Shown here: in pieces, positions 12,050 through 26,234 of the stretch
How positions within the stretch are numbered: position 1 is the stretch's first letter
Layout of the letters: each line of letters opens with the position of its first letter
Assembly (NCBI RefSeq): GCF_018977255.1
Contig: NW_024704743.1
Location: 21,082,001-21,146,000, forward strand
Reading direction: 5' to 3'
Origin: Callorhinchus milii
Taxonomy: Eukaryota
DNA: 64,000 nt
Position numbers and translations under genes: made by a program
Notes under the pieces: model-generated
Told to the model about the DNA's origin: nothing
Databases searched by the model: none
What the model saw: only the letters and a program-made list of their open reading frames with translations

Positions 12050-12645
12050 CCTCATACTCGCATTTATAACATCCAGGCTCGACTATGCAAACTCCCTGCT
12101 TGTCACCTCCCCAACTCCTCCCTCCATAGGCTGCAGATCATCCAGAACTCTGCAGCCCGTATCCTCTCCCGCACCGGCTTCATGAACCTATCACCCCCTT
12201 TCCTCGCCCGATTCCACTGGCTTCCCATCACACAGAGGATACAGTTCAAGATTCTGTTCCTCATCTTCAAAGCCCTCCATGGCCTTGCTACAACTACCTC
12301 TACAACCTCCTAATCCCCAAGCAACCTGCCCGCTCTCTCCGCTCAGCGGGCACCAGCCTACTTCACGTCCCCTGACTCGCCCGCCCCACCATTGGCATGC
12401 GGTCCTTCAGCTATTCTACCCCCACCCTCTGGAACTCCATCCCGCCTCGCCCCCTCTCTTGCCTCCTTCAAGATCCGTCTCAAGACCCTCCTCTTCGACT
12501 GTGCCTTTGATTACCCTCCTCCTCCCACTGCTCTGCACCCTCCCCGATTCCGAACCCCAGCTTGGGCCCAAAACACTAATTGTCCAGCGCCTTGGGACAT
12601 CCTCCCGAAGTGAAGGATGCTATACAAATGTAATGTTGTTGTTGA
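12050..12645 (+). mobile_element. L2 LINE 3' fragment
   Basis: LQIIQNSAARILS...HWLPITQRIQFKIL and ASFKIRLKTLLFD in ORFs; tail hairpin and (TTG)n. Confidence 0.95.
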
Positions 12646-12737
12646 TGAGGGATTTATATATCGTGATCATTGCCGTTTTGTACCATTGACATTGTCGAGA
12701 ACTTTCCCTTATGTCTACTTGTGACAACATGTAGTAG

Positions 12738-13068
12738 TAATAACAATAATAATCCTTGCATTTGATATAGCGACTTATCGTGTCTTCGAGACGTCTCAAA
12801 CAGCTTCACAGAATATATCTTGTAAAGTGAATTAAATTTATATATTTTGTGGGCAAAACGCGGCTGTCAATTGTGCAAAGCGATATCCCACAAATAGTTA
12901 TGGATTAAATGACCAAATTATTATTATTATTTATGAAAGGATTATTATCCCCGGAAAAATGACCTGTTAATCGACTGACAACCAGGTTCCTACTAATGGC
13001 TAGGAGTAAGAAAATGTCCTCTCGCTTGCGAGGTGAGTGCTCCAACCAATCCGCTGCAGGACTCCACA
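12738..13068 (-). mobile_element. SINE family A (long subfamily), degenerate
   Basis: Tail, body, ACAACCAGGTTCCTACT middle segment and head end CAGGACTCC. Confidence 0.85.
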
Positions 13069-14619
13069 TGTAATTCACATATGTGAATTGACTGGGGAGA
13101 GCTAAACTGCATATATTTTATGCTGCCCAAGAAATGCCATTTTAGCAGTTGGATTGCTTTGCTTTAGCACAAAATGATCAGGGTAAGGATTTTGTACATT
13201 GACAATCATTATTTGATTTTTTTCCTATTATGTCCCTGACATATTTATTTGCTTGAAACGTGGATGTGTTTCTTGCTTCTGGCTGAATGTACGAGGTAAC
13301 TTCCTATACCATGTTCTTATAATTTTCTGCTTGGATCATTTCCTCATCATTTATTGTCACTTAACTGTATTTTGCTGTCACATGAATTCATGTATTTTAT
13401 TGAAAAAATTCCAAAACATGAGTCCAAGTCAAAGCTACCGAACCATAAAACTTATAATGGCTCATATAACTAAACTCTACATGCTTTGGTTTAATGACTG
13501 CTTAGCAAAGTGGATACGGAATAACTATTGCATTTTGAACAGTCACGGTTTAAACAATAATTACAGCAAATTGTTGGTTGAATAATACGATTTTAACTCT
13601 AGATAACTGTGAAAGAGAGGGTTCACTGGTAAAATTCTAGGGCCCTAGGTTAAAAGTTTCATAGTTCAATTATTCTTTTGATTTTGTGCTTTTGAGACTC
13701 CAGTCGACTTAAAATTATTGATTGCAAGAGAAGTTCATTATAAAGAAGGCTCTTTGGCTCATTTGATCCCAACCTTTCAAAAAAAATTTGGATGATGCCA
13801 AGCTGGGAGGTATAAGGTGGAAGCTAGAATCAGGAACGAGGGAGCAGGAACGATCTTATAAAGAGAGCTTTTGACAAATTAAGTTCAATACATGACGTTA
13901 ATCAATACAGAAAAGAATACAAAACATATGTACTCCATGGAAGGGACAGGACTTGCCCTAACAGAAATTGATGGAGACCTAGGTGACTTTCAACTTCTCT
14001 AACCAATAGCCCATGATTTTCTTTAACACTAAAGGAACTGAAGCTGTTAGCCCATTGTGTTTGTGTCCTGCTAGTTCTGATTTTTTCTTACTTTTTTTTA
14101 CTTTTTCCTTTTGAAAGATTTTATTAATCCACAATAGTCATTGTGTTAGTGAATTCCACACCTTCCAACCTTCTGCTAACAATCCTAAACTATCTCCTTG
14201 AAAAAGCTTGCTAAAAATCTCAGTGCTGTAAAATTAGTTCAGTAGTTTGTTAACTTTAGATTTTTCACTAGGAGGAGATTAGAAAGTTTGAAACTGAAAA
14301 GGTAAATACTGTTACTTGTAGTGACGTTTTATAGACAAACATGGCAAACAGCCATGAAATGAATGGTCAACTCAAGCAAACTGATGGCCACGGCCCTGGG
14401 AAAAGACTCTTCTCAATGAATAGTGTTTAATATCTTCATGTTAATGTTATTTTGAGTTGGGTAAACATGGTGATGGGTTTCTGCATGTGCATTTCCTGCA
14501 ATCCTGACCTTATCTTCAATTCTAGATGTGATATTTTGGTATGCTTTCCTTGACCTCCTATTCCTCTTAGTAGCAAACAAGGCTTTATAAATCGGAAACA
14601 TTTTTGTGATTAATCCCTG

Positions 14620-15260
14620 TGTGAGGATTACCCCACTATTTCTGTTCAATATTGCCCTTTTTAATACAACCCAGCATCTGGTTTGACTTATTCACTGCCA
14701 CCAAGCACTGTTGTGAAAGCTTCATTTTATAGTAAATCAGGATTCCCATGTCCTTTTCATTTTCCGTACAGATTATTTTCTTTCCATTTAAATAACAGTC
14801 CCTTCCTGGATTTTTTTTGTCCCCATGTGAAGCATTTTGCATTTCTCTACACTGAATTTCATCTGCTGTCAATCTGCTCAGTTCTCAAGTATGTTCAAAT
14901 CCTCCTGTAACCTATTGTGTTCAGCTTTGCAATCTACCAACAACAACACCAACAATTTGCAGTTATATAGCGCCCCTCACGCAGGGTAGTGTCCCAGAGC
15001 GCTTTCATTAACACCTGCATTAGCTTTGTATCATCTGCAAATTTAGACACAGTGCTTGTGTGACTCCTAGCTCCAAATCATTTATGAAGATGTTAAATAA
15101 AAGAAGTCCCAAAGCACTGGTAACATTCTCCACAGCCTGATGATATTCACTGTACCACCAATTACGCATCCATTGTAAAATACTTCCACTGATACCTGCT
15201 TTCTTTATTTTCGAGAGGAACTGTATCAAAGGCCTTACTGGAGTCCAGATGTACATCCAT
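14620..15260 (-). mobile_element. CR1 LINE RT fragments, old
   Basis: ORFs 14636-14872 (EKDMGILI...SQQC..AVNKSNQMLGCIK) and 15020-15256 (LLFNIFINDLE). Confidence 0.8.
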
Positions 15261-15714
15261 TAGGGACATTAGGGTAGTGTTTCTCAAATGCAAGCACCCA
15301 GGGAGGGGAGGAAGAGTGTGTGTGGAGCGCAGCACATGCCAGTCCTTGTAGTTTGAGTGTGAACATGGCTGCTGCTGCTGGTTGGTTGGTTGATTTCATA
15401 ACTAATATAATAAACCATTTTTATTCATTGTTACTTCCAGAATTAAGAAAATCTCTAATTCTCTTTCTACATATTTACAAAAGGTGCAGTGTACAGCTGT
15501 TTACACAGGATTAATAATCTTTGCATTCGTGCTGAATGATTGTTGGGAACGTCTCATAAGAGATTTACAAAGTTTCCAAAAAGTGTAATGAACATGTATT
15601 TTGTAGGCAAAAGTAGCAGCCAAATTGCAAACAGCAAAGACCACAGCCATGAAGGGATCAATTTTATCTGGAGGATTGTTGGCCAGACACTGACAGAAGT
15701 TACACTGTGTTTTC

Positions 15715-15990
15715 AACAACAACAAATTGCACTTGTAGAACACCCTTCACGTTGGAAAGGTATCCCAGGGCGCTGGACAGTCAGGAGTTTTTGGACCCGA
15801 GCTGGGAGATGGGGTCAGGAGGGATGGAGTGCAGAGGGGTTAGGGGTGGGCTGGTGGCTGAAGGCATGGTTGAAGAGGAAGGTTATTAGATGGGACTTGA
15901 AGGAGGCAAGAGAGGGGTTGAGGTAGAGGGATTGTGGAATAGAGTTCCTGAATATCAGGGCAGAGATGCTGAATGCCCGATTGTCAAGGC
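15715..15990 (-). mobile_element. L2 3' fragment
   Basis: Antisense ORF contains RAFS...NSIPQSL..PSLASFKSHLITFLF; tail hairpin. Confidence 0.85.
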
Positions 15991-16014
15991 TCGATATAAG
16001 TGTACATTGTATAA

Positions 16015-16215
16015 GTCGTGCCATGGAATCTTTAAAGTCCACCTGAACAGGCAGATGAGATCTCGGTTTAACGTCTCAGCCCAAGGACAGTATCTGAAAA
16101 TGCATGTTCCAGTAGGACTACATAGGAGAGTCAATCAAGATAATGAGCTCAATGTCCTGACACCGGGCATAAACCCACAACTTTCTGACCCAGGGGTGAG
16201 GGTGGTACCATTGAG
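16015..16215 (-). mobile_element. DeuSINE (family B), 5' half
   Basis: GTGCCATGGAATCTTTAAAGTCCACCTGAACAGGCAGATGAGATCTCGGTTTAACGTCTCA is the antisense Deu core. Confidence 0.85.
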
Positions 16216-16241
16216 AGTGCACCCACTGAGCTACAGGGCTA

Positions 16242-16545
16242 TGAAGTTCTGTAGCTCAGTGTTTAGAGCACTTGCCTTGCAAGCAAGAGACCTGGGTTCA
16301 ATTCCCGCAGGGCGAAACCTTGGGCAAGTTTCCTTACTCCACACGCCTGATACCTCAAGAAAAAAAATAATAATTTGGTCACTTCAATCCACGGCTATTT
16401 GTGGGACGCTACTGTGCACAATTGGCTGCCATGTTTCGCCCACAAATATACAGTCAATTCACTTTACAGTGTATTCTGTGAAGTGCTTTGAGACATCTCG
16501 AAGGCATGAAAGGTGCTATATCAAATGCAAGAATTATTATTTATT
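16242..16545 (+). mobile_element. SINE family A (short subfamily), full length
   Basis: TGTAGCTCAGTG box A, GGTTCAATTCCC box B, tRNA-Ala(TGC)-like head, shared body and (ATT)n tail. Confidence 0.92.
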
Positions 16546-16635
16546 ATTTTACTAACTGATCTAGACTGAAGCAATGCATATAATAGATGCCATTGATTTA
16601 TTATTTGTGTTTCAGCCTAAATTAACTGATGTATT

Positions 16636-17697
16636 ATTGCCTTTCTCAGCTGAATTTTCGTGGACCTGCCTTTGCCTGGTTCGAATCCTACCTCTCCCAC
16701 CATCTCCACTTTGTTGCTACTAACGACTTCTCCTCCAGCCCCTGCACCGTAACGTGTGGCGTCCCTCAGGGCTTTGTCCTTGGCCCTCTACTTTTCAATA
16801 TCTATATACTCCCCTTGGTGACATCACCTGCAAACATGGGGTCAACATCCACATGTGTGTGGATGATACCCAACTCTACCTCTCTGCCTCCACCTTCAAT
16901 TCCAGGACCAATGTTGCCCTGACAGACTGCCTGTCAGACATCAAGTCCTGGATGAGAGCTAACTTCTTTCAGTTGACTGTCATCAAGACCGAGGCCCTCC
17001 TGCTTGGAGTGTCCTGTTCGACCCTCAACTATCCTTCATACCCCACATCCGTGCCATGGCCCCCTCCGCCTTACCCACTTCTGCAACATCGCTCGGTTCC
17101 GCCACCGTCTCACACCGCAGTCCGCCGAGACCCTTATACACGCATTCATGACATCCAGGCTCGACTATGCAAACTCCCTGCTTGTCGGTCTCTCCAACTC
17201 TTCTCTCCATAGACTGCAGATTATCCAGAATTCTGCAGCCCATGTCCTCTCTCGCACCAGCTTCACAACCCTATCACCCCCATCCTCGCCCGACTCAACT
17301 CGCTTCCCATCACACAGAGGATACAGTTCAAGATCCTAGTCCTCACTTTCAAAGCCTTCCATGGCCTTGCTCCCCCCTACCTCTGCAACCTCCTAAACCC
17401 TACCACCTGCCCGCTCTCTCTGCTCAGCGGGTTCCGGCCTGCTTCACCATTGGCAGGCAGGCCTTCAGTCACTCTGCCCCCACTCTCTGGAACTCCATCC
17501 TGCAGTCCCTCCATCTCGCCCCCTCCCTTGTCTCCTTCAAGACCCATCTCAAGATCCTCCTCTTCATCCGGGCTTTCGATCACCCTCCTTCCCCTCCTGA
17601 CCTCCACCCTCCCTGATCCCGACCCCCTAGCTCGGGTCTGAAACACTGATTGTCCAGATGTGAAAGACGCTATACAAATGTAATTTTGTTGTTGTTG
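16636..17697 (+). mobile_element. L2 LINE, 5'-truncated, decayed RT
   Basis: CGVPQGFVLGPLLFNIY, MCVDDTQLY and SRLDYANSLL motifs across frameshifted ORFs; (TTG)n tail. Confidence 0.95.
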
Positions 17698-18222
17698 CTT
17701 CTCCTGTTTTCTGAAAACAAATCCTAAAATTATGACCCTACAAACTATCTAGAAACTAACCAAAATTACATTGATGGTCTTGAAATAAATATTTTTGTTT
17801 TTGTGGAAACAGAAGTGAAGATGCTAATAACTCAGCAACCTCCGGTAAAGTGATTCCTGAAAATCATTCTGTTGAACCAATTACTAAATCAGTTTGTTAA
17901 ATCTCCACTCTATTATATTTGACATATCTTTTAGTCCATCTTAAATGGAACAACTCATACTGCCAAGTACTTTAGACACAAGGAAAATTTCCTGAATTAA
18001 TTTTTAATAGCTACATCTTGTACAATTCATGTTAATTTGGATCTCCATCTGGTGAAAAACTGCAGATGCCAGATCAGTTGTGGCAGATTGTGATTTATAC
18101 CAAAATCTGGCAGAAACAAATAAATTCACTGGTAATTGAATCTGCTAAATCCTAATCCTGCAACCTGAATCTGTTGTTATGCAGTAGTTCTGCATGTTGA
18201 GTGATTTGAAAGCGCTTTAAGT

Positions 18223-18585
18223 GATAATAATAATAATCTTTGCATTTAATGTAGAGTATTATCATGTCTTCAAGACTTCTCAAAGCGCTTTACGGAATAT
18301 ACTGTAAAGTGAATTAACTGTATATTTTGTGGGCGAAACGCGGAAGCCAATTGTGCATAGCAGTATCCCACAAATAGTTATGGATTGAGGGACCAATTTT
18401 TTAATCGATTAAAACCCTCGGAAAAGCGATCTGCCAATTAAATAACAACCAGGTTCCTACTTACTGCTAGGTAAACAGAGGCGTGTGGAGTAAGGCAACT
18501 TGCTTAATGTTTTGCCTGGCTGGGAATCAAATCCAGATCTTATCGCCTGCGAGTGAGTGCTTAACCACTAAGCTACAGGAGTCCA
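18223..18585 (-). mobile_element. SINE family A (long subfamily), full length
   Basis: Complete head-to-tail match to the copies at 33750-34112 and 24947-25226. Confidence 0.92.
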
Positions 18586-20433
18586 TTGTAAAATCCAAAG
18601 CCAGTGGATAATTGCGTAAATATGCACAAAGGAGGTATAATGATAATAATAATATTCCTTTCATCTGATATACCTCATTTCCCATCGAGAGGACGTTTCA
18701 AAATGCTTCACAGGATATATCATAAACCAGATGCCAGCCATGCCTCACTCCTCTCCCTATCTGTAAACAGTTGGTCTTTAATGCTCAATGGAGGGAATTA
18801 TTCTGGTGAACATGACCCATCTCACTTTTTAATGGGAAATCCCATTAGTGGTCAACATCGCTAAAGGCAATGCATGTAAAGTTCACCGGAAACTTTCCGG
18901 TGATGTCTGGTCTATGGAATACCTTACTCGTCTCATGTCGAGTATAAACATTGCACTGATCAGCTGGGTGAATGGCCTCTTTGTGTGTTGTACATTCTTT
19001 GTAAATCTTTGTAAATCTTTGCTTGGAGAAAAGTACAACTATTGAGTAATGCAACAGTTATTACCATATCTCTTCTAATATCATATTTTTCACTCCAAAT
19101 GAAATCTGTTAAAAGTAACACAATCTGAATGAAACTACCCTCAGCATGGAGAAGCCAAAACAGAATCAGGTTCTGGATTCTGTTCAACTCTCCTATGATT
19201 CATGTTTTTACAGAATCTTTCCTGGAATTGAGAGCTTTGAAATGCCTGGAGCACGACAGAATTTACTGGCTTCTGCAAAGTGTATTTTTTTTCCCTTGCT
19301 GGTCATGACTTTTAGATTTTAGAAAAAAAATGACTTGCAACAAATTGAATTTAAATTGAAATATTGACTGAAAAACATAGTATTAGTTTCTATGCAGGGT
19401 TTTTTTATTATGTGAAGTGACTTTTCATCACATATAAGCATTCCCCTACAAAGTACAGCCACTACACAGGAAGTCCTTTGAAGTGCTTTGCGATGTCCTT
19501 TCAACGTGAAAGGCACTGTATTAAATGCAAGGATTATTATTGTCATCTTCTAGCAGTTCAAATCCACTAGAAAGATCAATAATGCTTCCTGGCTATCTAA
19601 GCAATAGATGCAACGAAAGATACCTGATATTTTGGCTCCGTCTTGAAATTTGTAAACAAAACCATGAATGTTCAGATCTGCTGAAGTTCAACATGGTAAT
19701 TGGGGAACTTGAAAAGAGTTTGACAAGGTTGGTGCAACGTGTTGAGTCATGTATCTGTGTGAGTGAGGAATAGATATTCAGTGATGCTTGATTTCTGTTT
19801 AGACAAAGGTTATTTATTGCTGCAGTAAAATTCCATTGATCAGTGACCTGCTGATATGGAAGCACTTGGCTTGAAATTAAAAATAGTTAAAAATCGATGT
19901 TGACTTCATCTTATGAAAAAGATGAAAAAATTTAGAAAAATTTAGTTACAGATGAGGATGAACTGCAAATGCGATTTCTTATCTTTAGCTTATTTCTTTG
20001 TATATAAGCTTAAACTCTCTCCAATTAGTTCAGCAACTGCACCTCAGTTTAAACTGTTTTTGAAATACCGCACTGTCACTCAAAAATGAGGAAAAAGCAG
20101 GGAAGTAGGAAGTATATTACACTTTCAGAGAACCAGCACAGGTATGATGGGCTGAATGACTTCCTCTGGGCTGTATAATTCTATGATAATTAAATGATAA
20201 TTTACCGTATTCCATCATTATTAAAGTCACTGAAGGAAACCGGGTCAAATGGCTTGTTTCTGTGCCACATAACTATGTAACTGTGTAATTGTTTCTCTAA
20301 TGCCTACCTAATGTATATATTACATTGACACTGAGTGACATTTAAACCTTTGGAAAGTCAGGACTCACCCCATCCTTGACTTAAGGGTGAATGATCAAGT
20401 AAATTAGATGATTCAAAAGTGATTATCTTGGCT

Positions 20434-23038
20434 TGTTAATTGTTTACCGTCCCCCCAAGCCTTCCCCCACCTTCCTCTCGGACATCTCCACCCTCTATCT
20501 TCCCTCTCTCTCTGCTCCGAACGCCTTCTTATCTTAGGCTACTTCACCTTCACTTCACCCCCTCCTGCTCTACCTCTACCGACTTCTCCTCCCTCCTCTC
20601 TTCCCTCAATCTCTCCGTCCTCATCCACTCCCCCACCTACATCCGTGGCCACCCCCTTGACCTGGTGATCACCCAGGGCCTCACCGTCTCGGACATCACC
20701 ATCGTCGATAAAGCCATCTCGGACCACCACTTCATCTCCCTCAACACCTCTGTACCCCTCCCCCCTTCCCAACCCTCCACCATTACATACCATCCATGGA
20801 AAAACATTTCCTCCCTTTCCCTCTCCACTGCCCTGGAGTCATCTGAACTCCTACATCTCTGTCCCTCACTGACCGATCTCCCCTCTTCACTTTCCTTTCT
20901 CCACAACTCCCTCTCCTCCATTCTGGACTCCCTTGACCCCCTCACCTCCCGAACTGCTCATACTCCCGTAAATTTCCCTGGTACACCAGCCATCTCCATT
21001 CCCTCAAGGCACAAGTGCGAGCTGCCGAACGTGCCTGGTCCATCGGCAGATTTGGCTTCACCACACCAAGACCTACCGCTGCGCTCTTGCCTCCGCCAAA
21101 TCCTCCTCCTACTCCAAGGTTATCTTGGAGGCAAAGGACAACCCCTGGCTTCTCTTTTCCACCACTAACCATCTCCTCTATCCACCTTCCCATACCTCGC
21201 CCATCCTCTCCTCAAGCTCCAACTGTGAGGAGATGCTGGACTTCCTCGAATCTAAAATCGAGGGGATACATTCAGCCACCTCAGCCCCGTCCACAGCCAC
21301 CCCCACATCACCTCTCTCTCATGACCCACCCCCCACCCATCCCCCTCTATACTCCTTCGACCCTATCTCTCCCTCTTCCCTCACCACGCCTGTCCGCAAA
21401 CTCAAACCCACCACCTGCTCCCTCGATCCCATCCCCACCTCTCTCCTAATCTCCCAGCTCCACTTTCTGGCACCCCTCCTGTCCGATGTTATCAACCTCT
21501 CCCTATCCACCGGTTCAGTTTCCAGCCCCACTAAAAACGGCCATCATCACCCCCACCCTGAAAAAACCTTCCCTGGATCCATCCCTCCTCTCCAGCTACA
21601 GCCCCATCTTTAACCTCCCATTCCTCTCCAAGGTCCTGGAATGAGTCATCGCGTCCCAGCTCTGCTCCTTTCTCTCTCGCCATTCCCTCTTTGAACCCCT
21701 CCAATCCGGCTTCTGCGCTGCCCACAGCAAGGAAACAGCCCTGGTCAAAGTCATTAATGACATTCTGAACACCTGTGATCCGGACTCCCTCTGCTTCCTT
21801 GTCCTCCTTGACCTCTCTGCTGCCTTCGACACTGTCGACCACTCCATCCTCATACATCGCCTCTCCGCTTTACTCAATCTTCATGGATCTGCCCTTGCCT
21901 GGTTTGATTACTATCTCTCTCACCGTCTCCACTTAGTTGCCTCTAACGGTTTCTCCTCCAGCCCCGGCACTGTCACATCTGGCGTCCCCCAGGGCTCTGT
22001 CCTTGGCCCTCTCCTCTTTAATATCTACATGCTCCCCTTGGTGACATCATCTGCAGACATGGGGTCAACTTCCAATTGTATGCAGATGACACCCAACTCT
22101 ATCTTTCTGCCTCCACCCTCAACTTCAGGACCACTGCTGTCCTGACAGACTGCCTGTCGGACATCAAGTCCTGGATGAGGGCAAATTTCCTATAGTTGAC
22201 TGTGAACAAGGCTGAGGCCCTCCTGATTGGCTCGCGCCAGCGCCTCTGCATCTCAGGCTCTGGCAGCATCAACCTCCATGGTTGCACACTTCAACTCACC
22301 AGCCAGTCAGGAACCCAGGTGTCTTATTCGACCCTCAACTGTCTTTTCTCCCCCACATTCAAGCCATGATCTGCTCTGCCTTTCCTCACCTCTGTAACAT
22401 CGCCTGACTCTGCCACTACCTCACCTCTCAGGCCGCTGAAACTCTTGTTCATGCCTTCATCACCTCCAGGCTCGACTATGCAAACGCCCTGCTTGTCGGC
22501 TTTCCCAACTCCTCCCTCCACAGGCTGCAGATAATCCAGAACTCTGCAGCCCGTGTCCTCTCCCGCATCAAACTACGTGACCCCATCTCCCCCTCACTCG
22601 CCCAACTCCACTGGCTCCCTATGCTTCAGAGGATCCAGTTCAAGTTCCTGGTCCTCACATCCAAAGCCCTCCATGGCCACGCCCCACCCTACCTCTGCGA
22701 CCTCCTAAGCCCCTACCAACCCGCCCGTTCCATCCGCTCAGCCGGCTCTGGCCTGCTCCACGTCCCCCGCCCCACCATTGGCGGGAGAGCCTTCAGCCAC
22801 TTTGCCCACAACCTCTGGAATTCCATCCCCCAATCACTCCTTAGCCTCCTTCAAGTCCCGCCTCAAGACCCTTCTCTTCGACCATGACATTAGCCACACC
22901 CCTTCCCTTCCCCTCCCTTCCCCCCCCCTACCCCCCCAAACCCCAGCTTGGGTCTGAAATGTTGTACTCTGTCCAGCAGCTTGGGACGTCCTCCCGACGT
23001 GAAAGGCGCTATACAAATGTAATTTTGTTGTTATTGTT
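20434..23038 (+). mobile_element. L2 LINE, 2.6 kb, pseudogenised ORF2 (APE endonuclease C-terminal half plus RT)
   Basis: IVYRPP, HSPTY.RGHPLDLVI and ISDHHFI endonuclease motifs; [32 protein letters not shown] and [10 protein letters not shown] motifs; several frameshifts and stops; tail hairpin. Confidence 0.97.
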
Positions 23039-23117
23039 AGCTCCAGTTTTTCATGTGATTCAATGGTCGTAATGGATGCATCAGAAGCAAATTAGTGCAC
23101 CTTGTTTTAAGTCGGGT

Positions 23118-23450
23118 ATCAGCCTGGCCTGGCTCAGTTAGTTGAACTTTCGCTCTTGAATCATATGGTTGTGGGTTTACAGTCTATGCAGACACTTCAA
23201 TCAACACCCTGAGGGTGCTACATTGTTGGAGGTGACGTCCATCAACTGAGATGTTAAACTAATCCCCTGACTGCCAGTTCAGATGGATGTTCTGTGCAAC
23301 CTCATTGGCTCTTTTGGGGACATTGCAGCACACAAATTGGCTGCCGTGTTTGCATTTGCAGTCGCTATACTTCATAGTAAAATCCTGTAAAGCACTTTGA
23401 GGCATCTCTCCGAGGTGGTGAGGCGCTATATAAAATTTAAGGATTATTAT
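23118..23450 (+). mobile_element. DeuSINE (family B), degenerate
   Basis: CCTGGCTCAGTT head, TGAGATGTTAAAC core and L2-type tail. Confidence 0.75.
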
Positions 23451-24946
23451 AAATTGTGTTTGGTTTGTTGGACCAAGATCAATACATTACTAAGGGAATG
23501 TGACTGGCTTGACAATTGGATTCCTACGCCTATCCATGGTCACTGTGCATTTACAGATTCTTATGGAAATAGTATTCAATGAACAACTGTGATTTCCTTG
23601 GACCAGTGTGTATATGGTCACCTCTTTGTATAATTGTGCAATGCTTCAGTGGTCTTTATTTTCAGCCCTGTCATACAAATGTTGAAGGATTTCACTTCCG
23701 ATTCCATCTGATCAGTACAAGGTTCATCTGTTGAGCTTGTTTCCATCTCGAGTAATCACCAAAGAGCCTGCTGTAGTCAGGGCTTATCTGAGTTGTCTCG
23801 TCCGAAATAATTTTTAATAAAGTTTCTGCCTCCAAGCAATAACACTGTTATCTTGGATAGAAACCAAGTACTGAACAGCAGATCAGCCTCTGTAACCTCA
23901 TGGGAATCAAGCTGTTTATAGACTGCTCGAATCATCGTGGGAGGTTTAAGCGGTCCACTTCTTTTCAGAATCATATGGTTTGCTACATGATGTAGCAAAC
24001 CTTAGAAACAAAAATAAATATACAGCACAGTAGGAGGCCATTTGGCTAATGTCTGTGCTGGCTCTTTTAAGAGCAATTTTTTCAATCCCAATTTAGCTAC
24101 ATTTTCCCCCTACACCTTTAGCTTACTTTGTTTTAGGTATTTATCTAATCCCCTTTTCAAAACTAATATGGATTCTTCCTCAACCACCTCTGCCAGCAGG
24201 GCATTCGATATCCTTAACTACTCTTTGTGTGAAAAACAATTTTCCCTAACCTCCCATTTGCTTGTTTGCTAACTATATTAGAGGAGAAAGGGGAAAAAAT
24301 CAATAAAAACACAGGGTTATCCAGAACCCACCCCCCTTACGTATAGCAGGACCTTTATTTTGATCAGATGGATGTCTGACAAATGCAGATACCCATTGCC
24401 TTACTAAGAACACCAAATTGCATCTCACCTACACATGGAAATTCCCAAGATTGAGCATGACCTCAATGCTCAAACTTTTTATTGCAAACGTTATCGTCAT
24501 GGAACCGATTTTGGCTCAAGATCCGTTATTTATAACTTGGGGACTCAAACCTTTAAAAGGTTAATGATTAAGAACTTTTGTTTGTTAATCCCTGCAATAA
24601 CAAGGTTTGACTGTAATTTATCCAATTGGATCTGATAAAGGAATGACGGTTAACCTTGTAAAAAAACATACCCAATCTTATTGAATCAGATATCTGTGCT
24701 AAAGTTTTTCAACCTGGATATTTCTTCAGTTCAAGCTTTTGACAACATTTATTTTGTTGTGAAAACACGAGTGTACTATTGCCACTGCAGCTGAGTTGGC
24801 TTATATACCCTTTCCATGTTGTTTCAGTCGAACAAAGTGGACATTGAAGGACAAATCTTTTTAAGGATGCTCTCTATTCTTTTTCTTCTCTCTAATTTTT
24901 TGTCTCTTGAGGCAATTGGATGATCTTTGTGGCTTCACGCCATTCA

Positions 24947-25226
24947 TGGAGTCCTGTAGCTCAGTGGTTAGAGTGCTCACCTCGCAAGCGAGAGAACTAA
25001 GTTTGATTCCTGGCAGGGAGAAATGTTGGGCAAGTTCCCTTACTCCACACTCCTCTGTTTACCTAGAATTAAGTAGAAACACAGTTGTTAGTTGATCGGC
25101 AGATCGCTTTTCCGGGAGTAATAGTTCCTTAAAAAAAAATCGGTCACTCAATCCATGACTGTGTGGGACACTGCTGTGCACAATTGGCTTATAAGGCGCT
25201 ATATTAAATGCAAGGATTATTATTAT
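24947..25226 (+). mobile_element. SINE family A (long subfamily) with a deletion before the tail
   Basis: GGAGTCCTGTAGCTCAGTGGTTAGAGTGCTCACCTCGCAAGCGAGAG head; jumps from AATTGGCT to ATAAGGCGCT. Confidence 0.9.
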
Positions 25227-25564
25227 TCAATTGATCCTGCCAAGGCTGACAGTACAAAAGGCTATTTAAATAATAATAATAATCCTTACATTTTGTTTCG
25301 TACTTTTTATGTCAAGAGGGTATCTGATAGCATTTCAAAGGATCTTTAATATCCATCTGAATAGGTAGTCAGGACCTCGGTTTAACATCTCATCCAAAGG
25401 ACAAGTTCCTTGTGGCATTATATGAAATCATATCTAACAGATCTCCTGGATGGTGGTGCAGGAGTGATTCCTTAAAATCTTGATGGGATGACAGTAGGTT
25501 GGTTATTCTGGGAGGATAATTTCAAATGGGCTGGCTTTTTTCATCCAAACCAATCTTGTGATAT

Positions 25565-25745
25565 TAATAATATAATAATTCTTGCATTTGATATAGTGCC
25601 TTATCACGTCACTGAGACATCTCAAAACGCTTCACAGCATATATTGATAAGTGAATTGACTGTGTATTTTGTGGGCGAAACGCAGCAGCCAGTTACACAG
25701 CAGTGTCCCACAAACAATCATGGATTGAGTAACCAATTTTTAAAA
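25565..25745 (-). mobile_element. SINE family A, 3' half
   Basis: Antisense tail and body. Confidence 0.85.
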
Positions 25746-25789
25746 AAATGATCTGGGTTCTGTCTACCTAATTTGTTCATGAAACATTC

Positions 25790-26232
25790 ATTCATTTAAT
25801 CAGAATCTGAACTCTATCTAATCTGTTCTTGAAACAAATGACATGATCTGCTTCCCTAGGGAGCCTGTTCCATAAGTTTACTACGCGCTCACTGAAATAG
25901 GTTCTGCAGATTTGTTCTGAATTTACCCCCCTTCAATCACAGACCGTGCCCTCTTGTACAAGATAAAACAACTTATCTTCAGAATCTTAAAGATAGCATT
26001 TATACCTCAACCTTCTTTTCTCCAATGTAACATGCCCAGTTTAGTTAATCGCCCCTCGGAGTCTAGTCCCTCCATCATTTTGGTTGCCCTTTTCTGTATC
26101 CTCTCAATTGCTGCAGTATCCTTTTTATATATGCACACAGTATTCCAAGTGTGGTTGCACCAGTGATTTATAAAGTGGTAGGATTATCCTCCTATTTTGG
26201 CTCAATAATGCCCTTTTAATACAAACTAGCAT
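25790..26232 (-). mobile_element. CR1 LINE 3' fragment, old
   Basis: Antisense of CR1 C-terminal motifs (PHLEYC, LERIQKRAT). Confidence 0.7.
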
Positions 26233-26234
26233 GC

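Noticed and set aside
16242..16310. tRNA-Ala-like sequences as tRNA genes
   Set aside because: No intact acceptor stem, and they continue into the SINE body in every copy.
15890..16555. 221-aa ORF
   Set aside because: A chance read-through of L2 antisense, DeuSINE and SINE family A sequence.
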